The notes under the pieces were generated by a model. That model did no database searches and was not told where the DNA came from. It saw only the letters and a program-made list of their open reading frames with translations. From an uncultured virus (IMG/VR IMGVR_UViG_3300010885_055091) (Duplodnaviria; Heunggongvirae; Uroviricota; Caudoviricetes): 64,000 nucleotides of DNA. Both the position numbers and the translations under genes were made by a program. Each line of letters starts with the position of its first letter. Position 1 is the stretch's first letter. The stretch is from positions 1-64,000 of IMG/VR virus record IMGVR_UViG_3300010885_055091. One strand, written 5' to 3'. Positions 53,901-63,700 of this stretch are shown one piece after another.

Positions 53901-55558
53901 ATGCCGAGGTTATAGACTTCAAGAGAGCTCCTGCAGGAACCACTTTTGATAACGCACAATTCCTGGTCGAATGCACTTTGTTTTCTTATGACCGAGGATT
54001 CCTCCAGACAAATGGTCGCATTCTTTGCGCTAGAACGCTAGGATCATCTGTAGCTCAGACTATTCCGGGATGGGACGGTTATTTATCTACGAACTTTAGC
54101 GTTTCCACGTTAGGTTTAATAGTCCCTGCTCCTTTGAGTGATATCGCGAGTAACAACGAGGTAACTCTATACTACTCTCGGTCTCCATATCAGGGAGACC
54201 CATTCGGCACCCAGACAGCGTATTCCGATGATCCTTATAGACTCGGACCTCTGACTACTGGAGAGGCTTTAACTCTTCATAATAGTCCTCTTGGTCCTGT
54301 TCAAACACTAACTCTTCCCAATAAGGGGAATTTCGAAATATTAAGCTCTGTACGATTCGTGACTAGTCTTGGAACTGGTCGACTTTCGGGAGCGAATCCA
54401 ATACCACTGCTTCTTCCCAGCGAGTCACCACTAAATCCTCCTGACTACGCAGGAACTCTAGTGGACCAGACTAGAGAATATTCATTAAATCGAGTCGGCT
54501 ATGACGACTGGTTTACTTCGAAATGGCCGTCAGATCCATCCTCATTATCCACTAGGCCCCCTACGGTTCCGGGGGCTATTTCAGAACGTTTCGATAATGA
54601 TATACATCCGGAATTTGCAGGGTGTGTTTCTAATTTACCTCTTGGTGCTTATTTTAGAGATAAGGACTTCGTAGGTAAAACTCTTTATCAAATGCGAACA
54701 GCAAGTAATATCGGCGGAAATCCCGTTGGTACACTCACCTTCACCAATTATGAAGCGTCAATGGTTAAGGGCGTTGACGGTAGGTCTACCTGGCAAGGTC
54801 GAGATTATCTTTGCGGTAATAGTAGTAGTACATCAGGGTTCGGCACAGAATCATTAGCAAGAGTTGATGGAACCTATAATCTAGGTGATACCAAGGTCTT
54901 TAAGACCACTCGTGGCGGGGCTGCTTATTCCACCACTGGTCCTTGGCCTGGTGGAATACTAACTGGTTCATTCATCAAGACAAGACCAAATTCCGATGTT
55001 GGTGCAGTCTTACTTTGCAATGCCTATCTCGTAAGATCTCATCCTGAACAGTCACAGGGTGTAGAACTTCATCCCGGCAATGAACTACAAATGATACTGG
55101 TAACGCAGGCCGTTCCGGCTTATTTGCGGGACAATGAAATAGTTCATTCAGCTAGCGGAATCAGTGAGGGATATACTGCAGTAGAAAGATATAGGTTATT
55201 GGGGAAGCCTTTAGAAAAGCGGAGAGGCAGACTACCTAATGACGTTTTGCCAGCAGGCAAGCCCTTGTACGGAAATAATACTTCGTTGCTGTTCGGTTCA
55301 GCTGATCCACCATTGGTGGCTGCAATACAAGAATCGATAGCTGTACTGGTTGACCTTCAAACAGTATTTGATTTATCGAAGAAGCCTGCAGACCCCTCCA
55401 CAGTACAGATGTTCGTAAATGGAGTTAAACTCCAATACGGAATAGATTATACCGTGGGTGGCGTTGATGATAAGGTCGTTACATATAGTCCTAGCCCTCC
55501 CGTTAGACCGGAATTATTAACCACTGATCTTGTGGAATTCTGGTATTTGGCTATCTAG
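50927..55558 (+). CDS. Tail fibre proximal/connector-like protein (DUF4815-like N-terminus), paralogue 2
   Basis: YAAVVFQVGKPPLDSELNL, LEVWL, RVQIQYRIR, RPDGLFADQV; C-terminal QTVFDL..MFVNGVKLQYGIDYTV module. Confidence 0.7.
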   Translation: MPINPLGAGVSRYINDRDRQYAAVVFQVGKPPLDSELNLISLIDLESKAEEARSRVASGWLMNEINPYADFLTRPEFSNQFYFGNNFAGESRNITWAIVNGWPIPVAGTKTGAPPLAANNVDYWNRITLNPPSTSTGGNRAEFAFLEVWLQRVDVDPAAPAIAPGKPLRGYIYKFGNVEGGFSPLPDELVDPDINFETTKRVQIQYRIRVVADINLVSNPEGFDPTLVFAQGSLSGPSVVPFSNMREALGDPGLWRAGTGDPTTFGTADGFVYAIPICGVFRRNAAGFSDVGNLAGSFNRNSKALTRVNALTFTAPIALQASLSSFATSFSIASISGTPLDTLTSFGEAYFRIDDEIVRVTSVIQISAINYTINIERGQLNTIARSHLFGTELFIYTVRPDGLFADQVSNTDILDLRHSIADKFDYDSILQSNVVELLKGNLRSTWKRYGTTNTAGPVILYGDRITDSSIFTGGLTRLDAPDGNRRAYSDASVMQKFVLPVTVPSNSLTLGNNIQTTVSPYTGTVVWSGSAPAHPTGSRLNGTYPTWWNGDQITVNILPFQNGVSIADANQIRFITPSELSDSILVRFEGMTSDPNGGDPLELPPTAPTASDPYLNIPISGQRILRNGQGISVVVDGSGNLVITLASGAIDSEFQEFVDAIQGETDPGRVSQYKMYVEFTVLYGTGRGLSHRPDWIHMVQYRGTPTNVTKTLRRSGLSTLSPMVPTYIGDSPLVQTGNDRNLAKTSEVMFDPGSKTVYVAPYRMLTIPPLVARNGALLNWYNGGANTQGSMPQLDQDGVNTVHPVVDPLTLFFTGSVTKYVELPFQYLPKPGFHYVPIVPITDLVYSSGINFLMKSSQGVVGNTPDYNRNYVSYPANTPGYYIVTPEVGEVYGNSNGNKSIYGEKITIEKVTGREGQAFKGIKFPPFLGPARITGIYLRSGLDVSPASTPFNNDRIFIGGIGTDVNLLRDSFDGPTFLLDVDTNGDLYFVLNAEVIDFKRAPAGTTFDNAQFLVECTLFSYDRGFLQTNGRILCARTLGSSVAQTIPGWDGYLSTNFSVSTLGLIVPAPLSDIASNNEVTLYYSRSPYQGDPFGTQTAYSDDPYRLGPLTTGEALTLHNSPLGPVQTLTLPNKGNFEILSSVRFVTSLGTGRLSGANPIPLLLPSESPLNPPDYAGTLVDQTREYSLNRVGYDDWFTSKWPSDPSSLSTRPPTVPGAISERFDNDIHPEFAGCVSNLPLGAYFRDKDFVGKTLYQMRTASNIGGNPVGTLTFTNYEASMVKGVDGRSTWQGRDYLCGNSSSTSGFGTESLARVDGTYNLGDTKVFKTTRGGAAYSTTGPWPGGILTGSFIKTRPNSDVGAVLLCNAYLVRSHPEQSQGVELHPGNELQMILVTQAVPAYLRDNEIVHSASGISEGYTAVERYRLLGKPLEKRRGRLPNDVLPAGKPLYGNNTSLLFGSADPPLVAAIQESIAVLVDLQTVFDLSKKPADPSTVQMFVNGVKLQYGIDYTVGGVDDKVVTYSPSPPVRPELLTTDLVEFWYLAI

Positions 55559-55575
55559 TCGTCAGGCTTCTTTTG

Positions 55576-55620
55576 AGCTATCAATAGTGGTTATCTGACC
55601 ACTATTGATAGCTTATATTT
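55576..55620 (+). terminator. Intrinsic terminator-like hairpin
   Basis: 16-bp perfect arms agctatcaatagtggt (55576-55591) / accactattgatagct (55598-55613), then tatattt. Confidence 0.75.
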
Positions 55621-55628
55621 AGAGTTTA

Positions 55629-55720
55629 ATGGGGTTTAAAACTAAATGACTCGTCCTCGTTCGCAACAGATCAACGATCCCGTTACACGTTATTCGAAGA
55701 TCCCCTTACATGATAACCCC
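55629..55720 (+). repeat. 92-nt near-identical 5' region of spike paralogue 1
   Basis: Matches 60643-60734 with 2 mismatches; 72 nt perfect. Confidence 0.95.
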
Positions 55721-58700
55721 ATATCAGGGTCAAGCTCTACCCTGATAACGGGGTCTGCTTATAATGACTTCTTAGATAAGTCCATATTAAAATTCACAGG
55801 AGGCGTTGAGGTACCGTGCCCAGCAGTTCTTATAGCTTCTTTGGCGGATCCTTATTTACTAGTTGCGGGAAACTCATTTAAGGTCTCTGTTAATTTAAAT
55901 CAAGCTGTAGAAATTAAAATCACTGCTGCACAATTGGTGGTTCTTGGTGCCAGTAGTTTCGCTACCGTAGACAGGGTAATCACCCTGATAAATAGCACAT
56001 TATCTTCGGTAAATATAACTTGGGCAAACGTAGCTGATGTTACTGACTCCGGTTATTTAAGATTAACAAGTCCGACTTCGGGTTCCTCATCATCTATTTC
56101 AATATCAGGGCTTCCAGCCACATTACAAAAATTAGGTTTCGGGAACGTAGCCACATCCATATCCTACGGTAAGGATGTTTCACGGGGAATAGTTACCGTT
56201 GAACCGGATTCGTTCGGTGGGTACGCTCAAGCAGTATGGGAAGACGGTAGCCCATTAAACGCCATATCGAATACCTTTTATTTCAACAATTCATCAGCTT
56301 ACGGTTTATCGCAGAAAGTACCGACTGGACAACCTGTATATGGTAGAATTTCCGAAACCACGGCTCCTTCGTTAGAAATAAACTGGTATAGCAAATGTGA
56401 AGGATCAAACCCAGTAGTTTCCAAAAACCCATCATTCAGTTCGTTGGGTGCTGGCGAAACTTTAGTATTTTCCTCATATGATTTATATGGCAACTCCAGC
56501 AATAGCTTTACGGCTACATTTAGTGCTGGACCAACTTCTCTACAAGATGTTATAAACGTAATAAATAATGCGTGGAACAGCATAACTGGTGGTCTTCAAG
56601 GCAGAGTTATAAGTCGAGTAACTTCCCCTTATTTCGTTGTTGGATCGTTATATTTTAAATTAAATAATAACGCGACCATTACCGCAAATTTTGATGGAAC
56701 AGAAAAAACTGCCACTTTAATAATAGCCAGAATCAACACTGCTGTCGCTGCGGCCATGCAGTCGTCCCAAGGAGAAGCTTATGTGATAGGCTCCGACTCT
56801 TTTGGTATTAGATCTAAAACTGGTTTCGGGGAATCAAGTTCAGTAGAAATATTAGGATTTAGTAGTTCTGATACCGAGAGGTGTCTTGGATGTCCTGTCG
56901 GTATATATAAAGGGTGGGAATTCTGTAAAGCCCGTGGTTCAAATATACAGTTATCTGCGGCTTCCCCGACTTCTTATTACATAATTGGTGCGGGTTCTAC
57001 AGCTCTAACCTTTTTAGGTTTATCTCATTACAGCACGGGCGTCAAGACCTCAATATTAAACAGATATATTAGAACAGAATTTCCTTCATATGATTCAACT
57101 ATCGTACCTTTAAATTTCGCGGTCACTCTTTTAACACCAGAATATCTAGAGGCTGGAGATGTTCCTGATGACATCTTCACTAAGGAACGATTTACAGATT
57201 TAGTATCCTCTAATGCCTATAAATATCCGTTAGCCTCAAGCAACACAAATGCAGCACGAGCAGGACAACAAGCCAGATATGGCCTAGACGGTTATATTCA
57301 AGCTGCAACTCTGCCTTATGAATTAGGAAGCGTTAAAGCGGGAAATGTTTATTTTCCATTAAATGGTGCTGTTTTATCTTTTCAATATACACTAAATTCG
57401 CAAGACTTAATATTCGAGGGCTTCCATCCTTTAAACCCTTCAATTCGTCTTTATATTCACGATGACCAGACTGGTAGACCTGCTTGGTGTACATCAGTCA
57501 ATGCTGTAAAGACGAATGTAAACGCATACACCCCAGATTTACCGGCTGAAGCCTCTTCAATCGTAGACCTTAGCGAAGAGGGGATTAGTATTAGCTTCCG
57601 AGATGCAAACAGTGCTACTCCGTATGTTCCAGAAAATGACTTTTCTTTCGCTCCATCAAGTTCTCCATCATTTGTAAAGGAGTTGTCCTTTTCTAAAAAT
57701 ACTTTCATTAATTTTAAACTTGGATCTGCAGCAATTAGTGATAAAAATATTTCAGATAATACTACAATAAATTTTTATAAGTTCACAAGTCCTGCTGGGA
57801 GCAACCAAGGAGACTCCGCTTTAAGACTTAACAGCAGGATAGTGGAAGACAAGACAATATTTCAGTCTATTAATGGACGCATTGAAATTTCATGTGGCGA
57901 CGGCATCAGTACCTTTGGAGATTTTAACGGGATTGACGCTATATGGAAAATATGTTCCATACTTTCGGTCCTACCAGCTTCGGATACACGACCAGTCTTC
58001 ATCGCATTAAAGTCCGGTACTTACCATAATGATAATGCAAAACCTTTAGTATTTTCGAATAGAAATGTTACAATCATAGGAGAGGGTGACGTAAACATAA
58101 TTACACCTTCCCCATCAGATGACGGTACCATTACCTTTAATGGTACCGTAGACCCATCTTCAATTTCAAATCATATAAAATTAGAAAATATTAGGATATT
58201 TGCTAATATTTTTAGAGCAATAGAATGTGAGAATGTTACCATAGAATTAATAAACTGTTATATTGAAGGCTTGGGATTGTCTATCAGGGCAACGAGCACA
58301 TCGGGTTCCTCCACATATTCCAATGGTGCTGCAGCCTACGTCAGGCAATGCACCATCGCTCATTCAAGTGTTAAAGATACCAATAGTTTAGTATACCTTA
58401 AATCATTAAATGATGACTCTCCTCCTGTCGTGTTCGACTCTTGTGTTTTTGACTGTAGCAACTGTATTGATTTTACCGTTCTTTTGGTAGAAGGACTATC
58501 AAAGAGAAATTCATATGAGGAGGTCTCGTTTAAAAATTCATCCTTTAAATTAGGAAAATATACGACACCAACAGTCGCATCAGTTCCTCCTTACACTCTT
58601 CCGAATTTAAATCATGATAACGGGTTATTAGCTCTACATCCCGCTAATGATGGTAGGACTGCAGAAGGTCTTATAATCGAATCAGTAATTTTTGAAGACT

Positions 58701-60631
58701 GCAGTATAGAAAACGCAGTGCAAGACTCCATTATTCTGCAGTTATGTAGTGCTAGTGTTTCTCAATATGCTGCTGAATTTGCATCACCAAACAATTGGGG
58801 TCAGGTTAACAACCTCACCTTCAGTCGATGTAATTTTAACGTTTTATTCGGTGAAGAAACCCCGTATTCAACTATCGCAAAGTTCATAGTGGGGCAAGGA
58901 GTTCTCAATACAGTTCTAGATTCTTGTAATTTATATCTTAAAACACAAAATGCAGTATTGGGGATGTCCGGTCAGTTACCCGACTGGTTTAAGTTTGTGA
59001 ATCCTTCTGGTTATCGTGATATTGATTTAAACGCCACGAGTCTAATTTCTTTCAGCACGATGTTTGCCTTTGGTGGTAATAATACCAGAGTCATAAACAC
59101 GAATTTTAATGATATATTTAGTAAATTCGGATTAACTGGAGTGTCCACCGTTATTTATGGTCTTTCTCTCGATTCTTTCATTGTAGAAAATTGCAGGATC
59201 TTAGGAACTGATGAACAAAGCGGTAATGGGGTTGAAGATTCTACCAATATTTTCATAATAAATGAAGACCCATCTTCCCCATCATTTCTATCCAGAAGGG
59301 CCGTATCTATTTCAGGTTTAGACATAGTAGGAAAAAATCTCACGAACGGGTACGAATGGAATAAAGAGTATGGATCAATTTGCAGTTTCATAGGGAATAA
59401 TTTTAATATCGATAAATGTAGGATTGAAGGATGGACTAATACTCTTAGTCCTGTTTTGAAAAGTCGCACATATGGAATAAAGTTCAACGGTCATAATTAT
59501 AAAATACTTAATTGTACAATTGCAGATACACAATGGGGTATATATAACATAAGCTTCGAGTATACCCCATTATTTGCTGAATGGGGAAATTATGTGATTT
59601 CGAACAATACGATAAGAGTGGGTGATTACCAACCAGCAGCTGAACTGTCTTCTGGAATATACTTAACTAATAGCGGTTTCGCACCCACGTCGGATCCTAT
59701 CATTATCAGTAACAATAACGTCAGTACAGGATACTGCACAGATATAATAGATGCTGCCATAGACTGCATGATAACCCCAGAAGATGCTAGTATATTAGAT
59801 GATTCGCCTCTACTACACATACACGACAACACCATTAAAATAAGTACCGATTTAAAAAACGCAATATCTATTTTACCATCCGCTTTGGAAACAAGTCCTG
59901 GAGACATTCACAATCCCAAAGCAATAGTGTATGGTAATACCGGACAAAAAATACAAGACTTGTCGATACTTACACCATTTTGTTATTTAGCGAATTATAC
60001 TGCCGGTACTGGATATACGGCGATAAATCATAATAACGTACTACCAGGCAGTTTAATAGGTGCAGAAACCGATACTAGCATAGTAGAATTTTTTCCAAAG
60101 CGCACATCCACTCCACTTAGTACTTATATTAATCCAGTTAGGTCGAGCAATCCAATTCATGTAGTTAATCTTCCCGATATTTGGAAACTGAACTTGAATA
60201 TTAGTCTTACCGTAGAACATCAGGGTATAAACGGTCTGTGGACAGCCCCTCCCGTTTTTTATATCATGACTACTAGAATAGTCTATTCGTATGACAATAT
60301 AACTTACATAGACCTCCCTGATTCAGAAGTGAGTTCTTCGTACTTTGAGGTTACGTCAATCATAGATCCTGGAATAGTTGATACATATATTTCTCCATTA
60401 ACTCTGACTGGAGAGTTACCAAATGTCTCAACTTTCCATGATGGAGTTTTTTTTGATGTAGAAGCCGCTTTCTTAATACTCCCTCCGATCTCGCCTCTTG
60501 CGCCTTCTCCAATTCCATCTAATGCTTTTAACTTGGAGTTAAGGTGGTCAGCATCCGTTAAAACTCCCAAAAAAGATTATTTAGACGGTGCCATCATGTT
60601 AAACAACACTCTTCGACTAAAAACAGTCTGA
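55646..60631 (+). CDS. Tail fibre/spike with right-handed beta-helix (pectin-lyase-like) region, paralogue 1
   Basis: 1661 aa; ISCGDG..GDFNG..IALKSGTY..VTIIGEG lead-in followed by I.NC.I, ISNNTI, IHDNTI repeats. Confidence 0.75.
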   Translation: MTRPRSQQINDPVTRYSKIPLHDNPISGSSSTLITGSAYNDFLDKSILKFTGGVEVPCPAVLIASLADPYLLVAGNSFKVSVNLNQAVEIKITAAQLVVLGASSFATVDRVITLINSTLSSVNITWANVADVTDSGYLRLTSPTSGSSSSISISGLPATLQKLGFGNVATSISYGKDVSRGIVTVEPDSFGGYAQAVWEDGSPLNAISNTFYFNNSSAYGLSQKVPTGQPVYGRISETTAPSLEINWYSKCEGSNPVVSKNPSFSSLGAGETLVFSSYDLYGNSSNSFTATFSAGPTSLQDVINVINNAWNSITGGLQGRVISRVTSPYFVVGSLYFKLNNNATITANFDGTEKTATLIIARINTAVAAAMQSSQGEAYVIGSDSFGIRSKTGFGESSSVEILGFSSSDTERCLGCPVGIYKGWEFCKARGSNIQLSAASPTSYYIIGAGSTALTFLGLSHYSTGVKTSILNRYIRTEFPSYDSTIVPLNFAVTLLTPEYLEAGDVPDDIFTKERFTDLVSSNAYKYPLASSNTNAARAGQQARYGLDGYIQAATLPYELGSVKAGNVYFPLNGAVLSFQYTLNSQDLIFEGFHPLNPSIRLYIHDDQTGRPAWCTSVNAVKTNVNAYTPDLPAEASSIVDLSEEGISISFRDANSATPYVPENDFSFAPSSSPSFVKELSFSKNTFINFKLGSAAISDKNISDNTTINFYKFTSPAGSNQGDSALRLNSRIVEDKTIFQSINGRIEISCGDGISTFGDFNGIDAIWKICSILSVLPASDTRPVFIALKSGTYHNDNAKPLVFSNRNVTIIGEGDVNIITPSPSDDGTITFNGTVDPSSISNHIKLENIRIFANIFRAIECENVTIELINCYIEGLGLSIRATSTSGSSTYSNGAAAYVRQCTIAHSSVKDTNSLVYLKSLNDDSPPVVFDSCVFDCSNCIDFTVLLVEGLSKRNSYEEVSFKNSSFKLGKYTTPTVASVPPYTLPNLNHDNGLLALHPANDGRTAEGLIIESVIFEDCSIENAVQDSIILQLCSASVSQYAAEFASPNNWGQVNNLTFSRCNFNVLFGEETPYSTIAKFIVGQGVLNTVLDSCNLYLKTQNAVLGMSGQLPDWFKFVNPSGYRDIDLNATSLISFSTMFAFGGNNTRVINTNFNDIFSKFGLTGVSTVIYGLSLDSFIVENCRILGTDEQSGNGVEDSTNIFIINEDPSSPSFLSRRAVSISGLDIVGKNLTNGYEWNKEYGSICSFIGNNFNIDKCRIEGWTNTLSPVLKSRTYGIKFNGHNYKILNCTIADTQWGIYNISFEYTPLFAEWGNYVISNNTIRVGDYQPAAELSSGIYLTNSGFAPTSDPIIISNNNVSTGYCTDIIDAAIDCMITPEDASILDDSPLLHIHDNTIKISTDLKNAISILPSALETSPGDIHNPKAIVYGNTGQKIQDLSILTPFCYLANYTAGTGYTAINHNNVLPGSLIGAETDTSIVEFFPKRTSTPLSTYINPVRSSNPIHVVNLPDIWKLNLNISLTVEHQGINGLWTAPPVFYIMTTRIVYSYDNITYIDLPDSEVSSSYFEVTSIIDPGIVDTYISPLTLTGELPNVSTFHDGVFFDVEAAFLILPPISPLAPSPIPSNAFNLELRWSASVKTPKKDYLDGAIMLNNTLRLKTV

Positions 60632-60642
60632 TTGCATTTTCT

Positions 60643-60734
60643 ATGGGGTATAAAACTAAATGACTCGTCCTCGTTCGCAACAGATCAACGATCCCGTTAC
60701 ACGTTATTCGAAGATCCCCTTATATGATAACCCC
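60643..60734 (+). repeat. 92-nt near-identical 5' region of spike paralogue 2
   Basis: Matches 55629-55720. Confidence 0.95.
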
Positions 60735-63700
60735 GCATCAGGAAGCTTTTCTGCGATTATATCTGGAGCCCAATACACCAGCTCCATAAACGAGTCTGCT
60801 ACTAAATTAACGAATGGTGTAGAAGATCCTTGTCCGGCCAGTATCGTTGGTTCAGCTACGGATCCTTTCTTTTTGGCTATTGGAAATAAATTTCTAGTAT
60901 CCATTGATAACGCTATCCCGGTAGAAATAACGGTAACTGCAACCGAAATAGTGAATTTAACCGGTGTTGGAGATTTCACTACAGCCCATAGACTGGCGAA
61001 ACTTGTAAACGATACTCTGTTAGTTGAAAATCCTGATTGGTATGCTGTAGCGAGCCGAACTCCGGAGGGTTTTCTAAAATTAGCGTCACCTACGTTTGGT
61101 TCAGACTCTAGAGTAGAAATATCTGGAAACAATGCAATACTGACGGCTATCGGCTTTCCGATGGCAAATCCTCGGGTAAGCCTTGGCCGGGATATCACAA
61201 GAGGAATTGTTACCCAAAGCCCAGATAGGAAAGGCGGCTATCTCGATTTAGCTTGGGAGGATGGGAGACATGTAACTGCCATCAATAATGTTTATTATAC
61301 TAATGCTGATGCAGACAAACCATTTGTACAATCCATACCGACAGGTCAACCAATATTTGGTCGGTTATCGAAAACCGATTTACCGTCCTTAAACATTGAT
61401 TGGTATTCAAAGTGTGAAGGTTCAGACCCACTTCGCTCAGCATTTTCCGATTTCTCTTTATTGGGCGGTGGTGAGGACATAGAAATCTCCTACACCGACA
61501 TTTACGGAAACACCAATTGCCAGTTTACCACTATATTTAGTACTACTCCTACTACTTTTCAGGATGTAGCTGATGAGATAAATAACTCCTGGAATGTGGT
61601 TTCCAGGGGCCTAAGAGCCACAGTCATATCTGTGGTAGTGGCTCCATATATAGTATTCACTAATTTGACGTTAAAACTGAATGGTAATGCTCAAATAGTA
61701 GTTACATTAAATGGAACTCAAAAGACTGTCAGTCAAATAATCACTCACATAAACAACGAAATTGCTGCCGCTGGACAAGCGGCGCAAGGTGAGGCTTTCA
61801 ACGCTGGCGGTGGAAGATTTGGGATTCGGTCTTTATCTGCGGCTGTCGGTGAAACATCTACCATAGAAATAATCAGTACTAGTGATTTCGATGGGGAAAG
61901 AACCCTAGGACTTCCCATTGGTCTATATAAGGGCTGGGAACTGTGTAGAGTCGTTGGTGCAGAAATACAAATAGACCCGCCATCACCATCCGTTATATAT
62001 GAAATATCGGCTGGAGGTACGGCCATTCTTCCGTTAGGTCTTACTTCTTATCCAGTTAGTCCTATTAAGACTACTATTGTCAACAGATTCATAAAGTCAG
62101 AGTTTCCTTATTACGATTCGAAAGTACCTAGCACTAATGCTATTTCTATACTAATTCCGGAATTAATGGAAGCCGGAGATATTCCGGATAATATTTTTAC
62201 TAAAGAACGTTTTGCTGATCTTGTATCACCTAATTCTTATAAATACCCCCTTGCTGTAGATAACACGAATGCTGCTAGATTCGGGCAACAAGCCCGTTAT
62301 GGCCTAGACGGTTATATTCAACCTGAGACTCTTCCCTATGACCTAGGAAGCGTAAAGGTAGGGAAGTTCATATTTAATATAAATAGCGCTTCTTTATTGA
62401 TGTTCGAATATACAAAAAATGGTCAGGATCTATTCATAGAGGCTTTTAATGCAGGAAATCCTTCAGTACGTCATTATGTAATTGACGATCAAGCTGAAAA
62501 TCCTGGTTATTTAATAACTGTAAATGTAGAGAAAACCGCAGCGAACACTTACACACCAGATGTAGACCCTGACCCTTCCACCATCCTAGAACTTTCGGAT
62601 AGATTCTTGGGTTATAGCATCAGGAATATTAATTCTGGAGCTTATACACTAGGTGTCCATGACTTTACACTGTTAGGAGACATAACCTCTGACTCTAGAA
62701 CTCTTCAATTCGGATTAGCGACTTTATTATACTGGAAAACAGGTCCGGCAAATATTTTTGATGAAAACATATTTAATACCCCGGGCGCAGATATAGTTAA
62801 GTTTACTAGTCCCTTAGCAGATAATGAAGGTGACAGTGCGATCCGCCTCGCAGATAAGATTACCTCTAATAGTACGATATTTTCAATACTTAATGCTAGA
62901 TTAGAAGTCACATGTGGTGATGGAATAAATTCATATGGAGATTTCAACGGTTCTGACGCCATTTTTAAAGCTTGGCAGTATTTACATAATGATCCCGCAG
63001 ATGAAAGACCTGTCGTAATCAAGATTAAAGAAGGCACATATACTAATGCTGTTACTCTGACATTCACACGCAGTGTGACTATTGAAGGAATAGCTAAGGA
63101 TAAAGTATCCATAAATCGCACTACTCCAGGGGCTACTTTAAGATTCTTTAATACTCCAACGAACGCAAAGACTGACGTTATCTTAAGAAACCTATCCATT
63201 CTTAGTAACGAAAATTTTTGCATTTATAGTCGCGCAAATTTACTGGTAGAAAACTGCTATCTAAATAATATAGCTATATTCGGTAATCAAGAAAATGTAA
63301 TGTCCTCCTACTTAGCTCGATTCAGTAATTGTGAAATAGGTGCTTCCTCCGGTCTAAATATTCATCACAATATACATTTAATTTACGAAAATGACCCTTT
63401 ACTACCTGAAAAGATTCCGCTTCCTCCAGTAGTATTCGATAACTGTCTGATAAATAATAGTGATACCATTGATATAGGACTACTTAGAATTGACGGATCG
63501 TTTGACTATTCTGAGTTTTCAGGTGTTTATTTTGATAAATGCGTAATACGACTTGGAACCTATAGTAATGTTATTGCGCCTGACGGCATAAATACGAAAG
63601 GATTTAGAACTGAATATAATACTGGCCTAGTCGAACTACATCCCAAAACAGACGTCAGGACTGGTCCAGGGTTAGTAATTCATGAACTCAGATATGATAA

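Noticed and set aside
5300..60570. Numerous 60-170 aa ORFs nested antisense or out of frame within the large structural genes
   Set aside because: No motifs or RBS noticed; expected shadows of long coding frames.
60704..63223. - strand ORFs of 164, 93 and 172 aa
   Set aside because: Antisense to the long + frame from 60660 that is paralogous to 55646..60631.
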